In this document: piece by piece, positions 27,301 to 39,545 of the stretch
Layout of the letters: each line of letters opens with the position of its first letter
Position numbering within the stretch: position 1 is the stretch's first letter
Origin: Antedon mediterranea
Lineage: Eukaryota; Animalia; Echinodermata
DNA: 64,000 nucleotides
Direction of reading: 5' to 3'
Assembly: GCF_964355755.1 (NCBI RefSeq)
Contig: NC_092675.1
Coordinates: forward strand, 19,316,912 to 19,380,911
Notes under the pieces: model-generated
What the model was told of the DNA's origin: nothing
Databases searched by the model: none
What the model saw: only the letters and a program-made list of their open reading frames with translations
Translations under genes and position numbers: made by a program

Positions 27301-30300
27301 ATTACATTGTATCAACCTAATACTATATCCAGACCTAAACATAAATCTTTACCAGAAAAACCAAACTGATGACAGAAAGCAGAACCGCGAGACAGAGATC
27401 TCTGTATGTTCCATTTGAGACACAGTGGACAACCACTGTGATAATGCTATGTTGTCACTGGTTGCCCTTGTCGCACCACAGTGTTCCGCAAAATCCTTGT
27501 CGCTTAAACATGCCCAACTGGGTCAGTAATTAGTTTGATGATCTTCTTTTGTATTGTGAAGTTTTAGTTCATTAGTAGGCTATTAATGTAGATATCTCGT
27601 TTACTTGTCTATATTGAACCCGGATATTGAACCAGGAGTTACTTCCTTCATGATTGAAAACAGTGTAGGCCTAAACATTTAGGCCTATTTAGCATGGATA
27701 CAAACCGGAAAGTTATTATCGTCTAGGTCAAGCTTCAAGTTTTGTTTCCATGACTTGTTTATGTTATGAGGACATGGATTGGAACATACATTCGTCCCTT
27801 TTCTATGTTACCGTTAAGTTACAGACACATTTGTTCCGTTTTACGGAACGGATGACAGCATCGCTAAAGAATGGTGCCATGTTCCCTGTCGTAAAATGGT
27901 ATGTGTAGGCATATACCTAATAGCTACGTGTGTCACCAGTGTCGAAATATGAAGTAGGGTTAAAGGTCCAGAGCCAAATCCTTCTTTATTTAGAATAGTA
28001 TAATAGTAAAAATAGTATCATATAAAATAAAATTGTGAACTGCTCGAAATAAAATGTTGTTTACAACATTATTCACTGGCAATTTCAGAATATAACTACA
28101 CTGCAGTAATGCTCTAATAACGACAGACTTAGGCCTAATAGACAGGTCCGCACACTAGGTCATTCCAATCCCATTGTTTTAATGAGCATTTTAGGTGTAA
28201 GCCATCATTAGGCGAGAAATAATACTATTTAAATGCGTCAGTGTGATTTGATAGGAACGCTATTTGTGACCCTTGAGACACAGTCGAAACATTTTAAATA
28301 CATTTTTATATTTTTATATGATTTTAGCCTATATCGCGATGAAATTGGGTTAATTCTCATTACAATAATAATGATATAGAGTTAGGTGATCTGGGAACAT
28401 CATCAGAAAATGGGTTAGGTGTTTCTAAGCCTTCATCCAAACACCATAAAAAACAAAGGCAAAAACGGTGCTTATATAATCTTTTAAGCACGAATCAACA
28501 TATTTCACACCCAAAACAATAACTTGTATATATTCAGCCCAACTTATTTCTCCATGGTCAGCCTAAGTTTTAAGAATAACAGAGTTCAAAACATGTTCTT
28601 TTACATTTAAATAAAAATGCTCCAAATGACTTAAAATCAAATTAAATAAACAGCTATCGGTGGATTTGAACCGCTCAATAATTTACACAGAGACATATAA
28701 ATTTGTATTAGTTATAGTAATTACCCAAAACAATCGGAACAATACAATCAATTCTAATCTTCATACTATAAAATGAGACGTTTATTACAACGTGATTCTA
28801 TTTGGTTTATCAAACGTAGACTTTTAATGAGGATTATTTACAAGTCAAGATCATTAATTGGCGCTTACTCTATTAAGGACATACACCAAAAAAAGTTAGA
28901 AAATGTTTTATCGTTAGAGGGCGCTAAAGTAATTTCGTCATAAAAAATTATGGTTAATAGAGATCTGTACCATGAAGTGTTACCATATTATTTCATAAAG
29001 AACAACATAGTACTTATCAGTTACAGGTAATAATAAAAAAATATTACTGAAATGAACACTATCAATTTCGTCGAAAAACAGTAATACGAAGAAATGAATA
29101 TGCTGCTTACAGGATTTATTATCCAATAAAACAACGAAAATTCACAAATAACATAATAACAAATATTATAAGAGGTACATTGGTAGCCTATATAAAGCGG
29201 TGTCGAAACACATAGCTATGGACTTTGCTAGTTGCGGACCAAGAGCAAGTAGGGTAGGTCCTAGTGAAGATGTAGGCCTAGTCTTGACGGCGATTCATAC
29301 CTATAATACTTGAGCTGGAATATGTTGATTTTAGGCTAGGCCTATAGTTTACAGAAAAATAAAACGACTGGAATAACAATACAAAAAAGACTAGAATAAC
29401 TATACTTGGGAAGTATAGTGGTAAGGTTTTGGATAGAACCTGAATTGTGAACATTTTTTCTGTTTTCAAACGTCCATTCTTAATAGGTATAAGCAAACAT
29501 CGATATGGCTGATTGATATTGACCAATGATGACCAGGAGGTTGTAGGCCTACTTTATATGATTCAGTTTTCAACATAGACGGCCACTGCTTTATAGATTT
29601 GCTATCCAATTCCTAATGCTATTTTCAATCGATATTGACATTCAGTACACAGGTACATCATTACGTCATAATGACCGACAATTGGATATCACCGTTAAAT
29701 ATTATTTTACTTTTTTGTACAAACAGGAATGTAGTGTAAAAAAATAATAATAACAAAAATAAAACACAACTTTTAAACAATTCATTTCCATATTAATGTA
29801 AATTATGAATAAGTATACATAATTTTATAAAACCGTTTTGAACAGTATTGTGGTCTCGGATAAAATAGACCTATGTTTACAACACAGGCTACCTTGAAAT
29901 CACAAGTGGAGATGAGTTGTGGTTTCGATTCTCAATGAGTGTAGCCTTATATTATTGAATAAAATTGTGAAAATCGATTTTTTTTTGTAATTCACATTTT
30001 CAGCTTTTATGCATCTTCTGAATTCTTAAGGACGCTCTAGTTAATAGTTCAACGAGAAATTAATAATAGAAAATATTTAAGATGTATCAGTACGTTATAT
30101 TGTGTAAACATGATCGTTTTTATTAATTTCTTGAGTGCGTGACTCAGTCCAATTCATGATATTAGATGTTTAACAACATTTTCATCTTGTGATTCTACGC
30201 AGGCGTAACATGTCATATGCACTGGCTGATTGATTAGCAAATCGATTTATCAATTATTGGTTACTAGTATCTTTTATCTGTATTTTATATTTAAAAATGA

Positions 30301-31066
30301 AACTATATGTTTGTTTTTTGATTTATATATAGTATTCGATTCGATTTATGTGCCGCGTGTGAGTTCATGACATAGCTGTCGATATGGTCATGTTGATAAT
30401 AATGATTATGATAACAAGAGTTATGATAAATTATGATGTTGCTAAATTAGATTTATCATTATGATTACAATGACAAGTAAACGTACCGTATACGATGACG
30501 ATTAAGAGATGGTGAGGATATGATGTTGGTAAAAGGACATTATTACTAGTATAGTTGTATGCGGGTTCATTGGGAGGACGATATGGCGTACCGGTTGTGC
30601 ACTATCCGTTTAATTAGGCCTAGAACACGATCAAACATTACGTTCATTCGTGCATGTATTAACGCAAGCGACTAATTTTGAATTTTGTAATATTTGATCT
30701 AGCAATTATCCATATTGTGTTTGTACACGAGCCGGAGGTAAATGCAGTTTAAGTCAACAGATCCCAGGCACTATTAGTCAAGGCTGTGGAGATATCTTCT
30801 CTATCGGTTGTTTGTATTTTGAAACTGAGATGTGATGTACTCACTAATTCGATTATATAGAATAATAGAAAGATATGTGCATATTATCATAAAAGTAAGA
30901 AAACCCACAATTGAAACATGTTTATGTTAGTGTGCTTGAATTGTAAGAATCTATTACAGACCAATTTGTAAATAAATGCCAATTCACCTGAAAAAAAGTG
31001 ATAAAAGAACATGGAAATTGATAGCAAATTGTAAAAATGTGAATTGTGTACATGAATTATTGAAAA

Positions 31067-31355
31067 GGCGTGTGGCGCAGTGTGTTGGGCGTTCGATTAC
31101 CGATCATGAGATGGAGGTTCGAATCCAACTCTCATCGCATTGCTTGTAAGATATTATGCAAGATACTTTACTTACGCTTGCCTCTCTCCACCCAGGTGTA
31201 TAAATGGGAACCCGGTTAGATCAAGAAACAACTTTGCGATAATTACGTTCCATTTCCATACGTGTTTGATAAAAAAAAATGACTGGGGTAATAATGTTCA
31301 GCGCTTAGAGGTTTCACAACATTAGGCGCTACATAAATCTAGGATATTATTATTA
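31067..31355 (+). mobile_element. tRNA-derived SINE with CORE-like central domain and L2/MIR-like tail
   Basis: A box TGGCGCAGTGTG and B box GGTTCGAATCC. CORE-like segment GCAAGATACTTTAC..TGCCTCTCTCCACCCAGGTGTATAAATGGG. Tail CAGCGCTTAGAG..TAGGCGCTACATAAAT..(TAT)n. Confidence 0.8.
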
Positions 31356-31728
31356 CAAAAATGGGGTGGTTTTTGCCAAAGGGAAGGGATCTCCAAACTT
31401 TCTGGATATCATCCCATTTGATCCACCTAAGATAAATACGTTTAACCAGAAAGAGGGGAATTATAGCAAGCGTATTTCACTCTTACCACCTGGTTCGACC
31501 AACCTTGTCGAATTCACCAGTTTTCAGAAATATATTACATAATAATATATTTAAATCAGTCACATTTTAATACTATGCCCATTACAATTTGGTTCATAGA
31601 ATAAAATGTTAATAGTACAGTTTTGAACATTGCCAGATGAAAATTTTGTTGAAAACAAGTCGAAATGTCGTACACGTACGTATTCATGAATGGTTTAACG
31701 TAAAGAATTATATACAGATAGATAATAT

Positions 31729-31833
31729 AACAAGGCCATAGATGGCTGCAGTCACGTGCTCAAGTTAGTGTTTACCGACCGACCAACCGAACGACATAGT
31801 GAGCTATAGAGTCGCGTTGCACGCAACTAAAAA
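31729..31833 (-). mobile_element. Miniature HINE/DINE-1-like element
   Basis: AACAAG terminus, (ACCG)n microsatellite core, terminal hairpin AGTCGCG-TTGCA-CGCAACT followed by AAAAA. Confidence 0.75.
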
Positions 31834-33774
31834 CCAGTTGAAAACATTCAAGTTTTGAACACAGTTTTGATAGGGGCTATAGTCTAGACCTACATCAAAT
31901 TAATATGTACGCATTAGCAAACAGTAAGTAATAAAATTAGCATTGGACCTCTTGACAAGTTTATTTGCTCCCTCCGGGCGGTTACCCTTCACGACGCATT
32001 AATTAATAATAATATTTAACTGTCACGAAGGCCGATTTTTTAACGGTCCTTTAAGTTTAATTCTGGTATGTACTGTATATAGTGAGATCAGGGAGTTATT
32101 CATTAATCTCTTGGGTTAAATTTTCTTTTCAGCTTAACTCTGACGACCGTGACTGTACTCGGGTGAGACTCGAACTCAAGAGTTGATCAGCCATTACTTT
32201 TGCAAAATAAGTAGTTTATTAGTGTAGTTTTAGTTTAAAAATAAGTTTTGCGTTGAGTAAAATTTTATGTTTTTAGTTCATAATCAAATATGAAAAATGT
32301 TTTAGTTTCAGTTTTTATTTTCCATTGTTTTTTTATTAAATTTTGTAATTTGTATGGACGCACCATCTACGCATGTGTGCCACTGTTAAAAAATTGTTGT
32401 TCCAAATAAATATTATTATTATACCGGTATCTCACGTTTTAATAACTCACGAATTCATACAAGAAAATAATTGTAATTGTAAAGTCGGTATGCTATAAAA
32501 TACTCTTATAATCTTGTCATGGTAAACAAAATGAGAATTAAATTACGATAATTAGACGGATGGATAAACCATGGACCAATAAAATTAATTATTACTAATT
32601 ATAGGTCCATGGATAAACGATTTTAAGCACACATTTAATTGGGCTCAGAGGTTGAAAATATAAATACCTAAGTAGCGAATGAATGTGTTAAAAATGTTAG
32701 TCCGGTCCACCAATTAAAAGCATTTTAGGTAGGCCTACGTTTTTTCAACCCTGATATGACTGTGGTGTATCAAGCCACCCTTGGGATCACCTCATTCAAC
32801 AAATAAGGTAATAGGCATATGTATTCTATTTTATTTATATATTTTTGATGACATTTTTTTATGACAGTTTTTATGTTTCTGATAGTCTACAGATTGAAAA
32901 TAAAAATAAAATAAATATATATGACAATAAATATTTAGCGTATGAACATAGTATGAACTGACTACTTTAAAAAGTATGAAACGTAAACGTCAATTTGCAC
33001 AAATTATTTAATGTATGTAGTTATTATCATTAATGTACGCCATTAGGGAATCGTGAGCTTCTTTGCATTTTTTCATAACTTGCTTTAACTTTCAACTAAT
33101 TATATACACTCTATCTAGTAAGTAGTTTTCTCATGTATAGATACGCAACGACTACGGGTAACATACCGTATAATATGATATATCCTTCAAAATGGCCGTA
33201 AAAACCTGAATTTCAGTTGGTTAAAAAAACACATGAAAAAATATTACTTCTATTCTGCTATAAAATCCACTTTTTTAAAATACTTTTGTGGTTAGGTTAA
33301 ACCTGATGTAAATATCTGGCGACTCTTCAAAAAATGAAAGCGGGAAAATAAACTGAAGTCGAATAACAACACCAAAAACGTAAATTTCAAGGCATGTAGG
33401 CCTAGGTCTAATGCTTCCTTTTACCCCACTCTTTTTACAACATTTGTGTACAAAAAAAAATAGGATTTGTTCACATAGGTAATTTGAAAAATAATTCATA
33501 ATCCTCAGACTAATTTAACTATGTAAAACATCAGATATTTTGGGTAAACGGAAATTTTCTAAAAATGTTTAAATTAAATTTAAAGGACGCTGGTCACATT
33601 CTGGTGGCGTAAATAAAGAGGATATGTTATATAATATTGTAAAAGTAGGTTTTAAGTATAAACTTCGGTGGAAATATAATTTATGTGTAAATCCATACTG
33701 AATAATATTATTAATCCATGGATGAGTATTTTAATAAGGATGCGTATATCTGCAAATCAGTAAATGACCTTTCT

Positions 33775-33942
33775 AAAGCTCTGTCTGCACTATCAAACAA
33801 GTTGAACAAAATTGTGATGTGTCCAAATATGGTAGTGATATGCCCACATATGGTAGTGATATGACATCATCATGTCCATATATGGGCACATCACATATAT
33901 TGTCACATATTAAGTTGGTAGTGTAGGCCTAGACAATGCTTA
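33775..33942. mobile_element. Short MITE (PIF/Harbinger-like)
   Basis: TAA|AGCTCTGTCTGCACTATCAAAC ... GTTGGTAGTGTAG(gcctag)ACAATGCT|TAA are degenerate TIRs. Internal inverted TGTGATGTGTCCA/TGGGCACATCACA and duplicated TATGGTAGTGATATG. Confidence 0.55.
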
Positions 33943-35816
33943 ATGAATGTCACTAATCCTGAATAAATATAAAAAATGTCATGCTTCTTCTAAGTTACCT
34001 GGTATATATAAGAATTATTTTAAACTACATTCCTTAATTTTTGCAGGATAAGTGTAATTTTATAGATAATCGATTTCGTTTTTCATACGATATGTCAAAT
34101 CGATGCAAAGTAGATAAGGCTTACTTTATGCGATACTAGACAATTTCAACAAAATTACATTATATATTCAGTTTATAACGCATTAATTAATTCTAAACAT
34201 TTTTGGATTATTAATCTTTTTTGAAAATTTAGAAAAATGGTAACTGAAGAGGGCGTTTTCATTCTTTACGAAAAGAACAAAAAGACACATGAAGTTTTAT
34301 TTCTTGAGATTTTTCTGTTACATTCCATTTTCAGAAGTCATGATTAATGTACACGTGACGCTTTAATTTTTCTTTTAGAACAAAAACAATTATTACACAA
34401 GCCTGGCACAATCAAGTTTTCCTGATTTATAATGTTTTACACGTTTCATACAAAAGTTGATAGAATATTACATTTTTATAAAACAAAAAACGTAAATAAC
34501 ATATAAATCACAAAAATTGAAAGAAATCCACTGAACATTTTTTAGTTGTATGTGATTTAACAGCATAAACTCTCTAACTGAACCTCAATTAAAATGTAAA
34601 TATATCTAGGTCCTTATCAATTATATTGTTTTTATAATACTCTGTGATTAAGTTATTGAATTGATCATCGTATTGCGTTTCATAGGAATAGCTGATTTAG
34701 TTCATGCGATGTAAACGACCCAATTCTATATACATTACCAGTGACTAAGGACTATTATTTTTTTTTTCAAATAGATCAAACTGCTTATAACTGATCGTTT
34801 ATGTTGGTGCTCATATTAATTATGTATCAATATTTGGTAATTTCCGAAAATTTGTTGAGGTGTTGATAACTGATTTGATTGTTATCTAATTAGTAAAAAT
34901 AATTCAGTATTTCTACATATTCAAAGAGCACAAGATACGAAACATTCTGAAGATGAATTTAAACCTTGTTTTCCCACTAGGCCACCTTAAAGACAAAGTG
35001 TTTTTACCGAGCTTTAAAGAGATCTTCAAAAAGACGAAGAAAGAAGAATTGATTTTCCGGGATTTTCCCCGTTTTCACATTTATCCGCTTCTTTACGTTT
35101 ACATTTACAAGGGTATATGCCTTAATAAAACGCTAAAGCAGCAGCGAATAACTAAGGTGTTGGAAGAATACGCAATATTATGTATCAAAATCATGTTTTT
35201 CGTCAGGCATATGATGCATTATGACACATTCCATCCTTTAAAGGTTTACCGCGACTTCAAAAGCCGAGCCAATTTACAAGGATAACGATGACGAGGGTTT
35301 TCAAAGGCGACAAGGGTTGCCACAAAGCCGTCGACAACTAACAGGATAAATGACACCAATTTATCAACAATCACTTACAATTAGAAAAGGAATATTCTCC
35401 GTAGGTACAAAATGTTTAAAGGTTTTACAAACAGAGCGATTTATCAATCTCAATGTTTGTAACAACCAACAGAGCAATGGCAAGAGAGGTATATTATCGA
35501 TCCAAATCCGCTCATTTTCCAAAACAAAAGTCACAGCCTGTAGGTACATATCTATTAGTGGCTCAAATCTCTGTAAGTCGGCTCTATAACTTAGGCTCTG
35601 CGTATTCATGTCATTTTCCCTTGTGGTACTGGGTTGAATTGATCTAGGCCTAGGTTGTACGGTATATCGTGTTGTTTTAACCCAAGTTGACGTTATTTAG
35701 GGCGAAGATTAGTAATCAGATTTCATATAATTTCTAAGCTTGAGTCGAGTAATCAATAACTTGGTATCAGCAGCAACGGGAATAAACTGTACAAACTATA
35801 TCGTCTGCAACTTTAA

Positions 35817-36409
35817 AGCTCAGGTACAGGCATGAATTTTAAATATAATATCTGGTTAATTGTACATAAATCAAGTATTTGTAAAAGGAATCAAGGCGAA
35901 AAAACATAAATTTCCCTTAAAATGGTCAAATTCAAAATTTGGCAAAATTCTGCTATAAAAACCAGGAAGACCTTTTTTCAGTGTTTAGGTAGTTAACCTA
36001 ATGTAATAACATGTCTAGTGACTCCCTAGAAGGTGAAAAAAGATGGTGGATATACGGTGGATAAATTTTTGCTATAGCATGAAAATAAAAATCTGAAGTT
36101 GATTAAAAATACCAGAAATGTAATATTCAAATTATATTACCTATATTTAGTCATCTGATAACATTTTTTACCACACCGTTTGTTTTTCATAGCTTTTTAA
36201 AATGCCTCTCTATTTACAAAATTTGTGTACAAAAGAATAGAGATTTTACTGTGTAATTTGAACTATCCCCCCACTGATAAGAAAGTGCTTGTTTTCTACA
36301 AGCTCGTGTAACACAAATAAAATCCCAAAAATTATGAAACATAGGGGAAACTTGATCGATAATTATTGGAATGTATGATCAATAGAAATTTTTTGCCCGC
36401 ACCTGGCCT
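35817..36409. mobile_element. Non-autonomous DNA transposon with TTAA target duplication (Kolobok-like)
   Basis: TTAA|AGCTCAGGTACAGGCATGAATTTT ... AAATTTTTTGCCCGCACCTGGCCT|TTAA: imperfect ~24-bp TIRs, purine-purine 5' terminus, TTAA at 35813-35816 and 36410-36413. Confidence 0.65.
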
Positions 36410-37892
36410 TTAAGACCCAATGGAAAAAAATCGGGAATTCCTGTAATTCATGTTTCTCGAAAGCATTATAATGGTTTCTGAATTATGTATATCCTTGAAC
36501 ATATTATGGTATCGCATTGTTATTATTCTTTTATACTGTACAACAATTTGCTACTATTGAGCTGCTTTTAAATAAATAATAAAGTAAATAATAATAGTAG
36601 GCCTATAAAATAATAAGACCAGTGATAAATTACGCAATGCCTAATATTCTATATGATGAGTTAATAATAATGATAATTAACTACAGGTAGCCACGGTAAC
36701 AACATAATCTTGGAGTGTAATTAAAAATACGGTCATAAAAAGTATAAAGTATGACATTCATCATGCAGCGCCCTCTATGTAATAATTGACTTAAAATTTG
36801 TATGCAAAATAATACTACTAGTAGTAGTAGAGTAGTACTATTATATACCATAGGCCTAATGTAATCGTATATAGCATATACTGATATTAAAAATGTTGTA
36901 TATGTATTATTAAAAAAGAATTATAACTATTGTATATATAAATGTAATTAGGGTAGCGACTTTATATCAAATAGGCCTACTAAACACCAACATGTGGTTC
37001 TACACATTAAAGCATTAGCATCAAGTAATTTATTATTCTTATTTAAACCATAATGCTACATAATCTAGTACAACTATACCCTGTAGGTATAAGACAAGGT
37101 CATACCACTACAAAATATTAACACTTATGATCGGGAATGCATCACATCGATTCAATTTGTACAAAATATTTCTTTCATCTTCAAATCAGTATGCATTATT
37201 TTCTATGGAATCCTTACGCAGCCATTAACCGAAATTGATGTGATATTGTAACCGATATATAATAAGCATAAAAATATAAATTGGATATGGGTATCAAAAT
37301 ACTTGCATGTGTACATACTATACAGCCCACGGATGAAAGGCAAGGTGCGTGAATAAATTCAAAATAAACACATTGACTGAATATAACATAATTCCATCAT
37401 TACCATAAAGCAATTATTTTTTATCAGGGTAATAAGGTGTGTTTGACAGTCACTCTTTAAATTCAATAATTACGTTTGAAAGTCACGCTTTAGATAATTA
37501 CGTTGGTATTCTGAGAGACAATTTCAGTGAATGTTAAAACAAATATCACACTTCTACTTCTGCAATAATACACTAGTAATTTTTCGCCGATTCAGAAAGC
37601 TAATTTGTAGCGACTGACTCCATTCTGTGCGCTTATTAATGTTAAGAATATAAAAAGATATGCCTTTACAGATTTAGTCGGATGAAAATAGACGTGCTAA
37701 TATCGAAATAAACTATAACCTAACCCTTAACATAATACATGATACAAATGCTGTATTGCTAAATATTTCTATGATACTGGGAAATGTTATATTATGTGGA
37801 GATAGGGCACTGAGAATCGGGTATGGTAATGATATATAATTGCGTTATTAATTAATTTGTCAAAGTTTTCAAACCATTATTATGTGTTGGTA

Positions 37893-39438
37893 TTAAATCT
37901 GGACCAAGGCTCTAATCATCTTACAGTGTACTCTTAGGTAAGTTAGACCTGGATAAGGAAAGCCTTTCTGATGAGATAGTGTTATCACTTTGTCTAAGAC
38001 ATTATGACGGGAGTTAAAGAATACAGGCAAATTCTCTTTACAAGCGGCTTCCTCCAATTCAGTAAAAATTCTTTCAACCCAAAGTGCAATATCTTCGATT
38101 TTTGAAGAGATGTCTGATGGCGTAAACCGGTTCTTGCTTAAACTCAACTTTGAACAGGAACTCTGAGAAATCAACTGTGACACATCAGAAACTTCAAATA
38201 TTCGGCATGCTGATGGCGTATCCATTGAGCATTGTGGTTGGCACAGAGAGCTTATAGGTCTGCTTACATTGTTATGCTGCTGTTGGTCAACAGCATCGAA
38301 AGATTTAGTCTGGGGTGAACAAGGATGCTTGACGTGATCATCCAAATTTTGAGACTTCTCATTTGACTCACGCTGCCTCTGATATTTCCTATGAGCTTCA
38401 AAGAGTGCCACTTTTATCATGTAGCTGGATATGTCCTTGCGACCTTCATAATAATCAAACTCTGGATGTATACCTTTATTTGCAACTGTTCTAATTTCTG
38501 GAATAAATTTTACCAATGCTTTAGACAGAACATAGGCCACGCGCAATGTTTCAGGGAGTGACTTCATTACTTTCACTTCCATAGCGCAAACGGAAATGTG
38601 GAAAGCAGTTTGTCCAATATCAACCTCCTTTCTAACACACACCCTACCTTCCTCTCTGGATTCTTCGTCAAGTTCTCTCAAATCGTCTTTTGTTAGACTT
38701 CCGTCACTTGGAAGGTCATAGTCAATATCGGATTCATTTTCAGAATCGCTGAATTCAATATCGTGGACGTGGGATTTCATGTAAAATGTGCTACAGTTCT
38801 TTGCAGGTACAATCTCTTCGTTGGTTTTCATAATCGGCAATTCATTTTCATCATCCGTATAATCAAATGTTTCGGCCTTTGATTTAAGAATTAAAAGCGT
38901 ATGATTAATATTTGATGAATCATACTTTGATACTCGTTGTTTAACACTGTCGTTCAACACAATAGCTGGTACGATGTCTATAGTAACTCTTACACTTTTA
39001 TAGTGCTCACCACACCATATGACGTCAAACATGCATATATCCCCCTCGTTTGCTGCACGGTCGATCATTTCAAAACCACCAAGAGACGATACGCATTCTC
39101 CAGGATAAATATTAGTACATTCATCAGAGTTCCACAGTTTAGTAATTGACATTGCTCTGTTAAATTTTCTGATAAACGGTTTGAGGATTGTCGTTCGGTT
39201 AAGAAACCCGTCGCTGATATATTCCTTATAGATACCAGGTTCGATTGTTGTAACTTTCAACTTAATAAACTGATCGTCTGCATCCTGCTCGGGTATAATA
39301 TTGTCAGTGAAATTTTCAAGGTGAACTATGATGTCCTTTTCGTCGGGCATGCCTTGCTTGGTACCCTCCGCACTGCTTCCAGCAAGATAAGGGCGGAATG
39401 CAAATTCAGGATTATTTTTGCTGATTTCATCTGAAACT
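37893..39438 (-). CDS. ANK-cGLR, last coding exon: Mab-21/cGAS-like nucleotidyltransferase domain
   Basis: Acceptor ...ctattttag|A (AG at 39440-39439) restores the frame: ...FSFLNR/VSDEISKNNPEF. Motifs are GSSAEGTK..PDEKD, IDIVPAI, FHISVCAME, LSKAL, SSYMIK and LPVFFNSRHNVL, in the order expected for the cGAS/Mab-21 fold. Joined CDS is 719+1546=2265 nt (754 aa). An in-frame alternative acceptor exists at 39457. Confidence 0.9.
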
Positions 39439-39545
39439 CTAAAATAGTTCACAAAGCTTACTTTGAAAGAAAAAACATTTATCAGTAATTATATATGAAT
39501 ATCGTTTTCTTTATTATTATTGAATTACATTTCTTACAAACCTAC
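39439..39545 (-). other. 107-bp GT-AG spliceosomal intron of the ANK-cGLR gene
   Basis: Starts GTAGGT, very AT-rich, ends tattttag. Phase 2 on both sides keeps the reading frame. Confidence 0.8.

Noticed and set aside
31067-31140. Functional tRNA gene
   Set aside because: A and B boxes are present, but the cloverleaf is poor and it continues into a CORE-like domain and tail, so it is a SINE head. The same applies to 42126-42212.
39457-39462. Acceptor ttttttctttcaaag| at 39461 as the 3' splice site
   Set aside because: With the phase-2 donor it gives a stop within 7 codons; acceptors at 39439 (preferred) or 39457 keep the frame.
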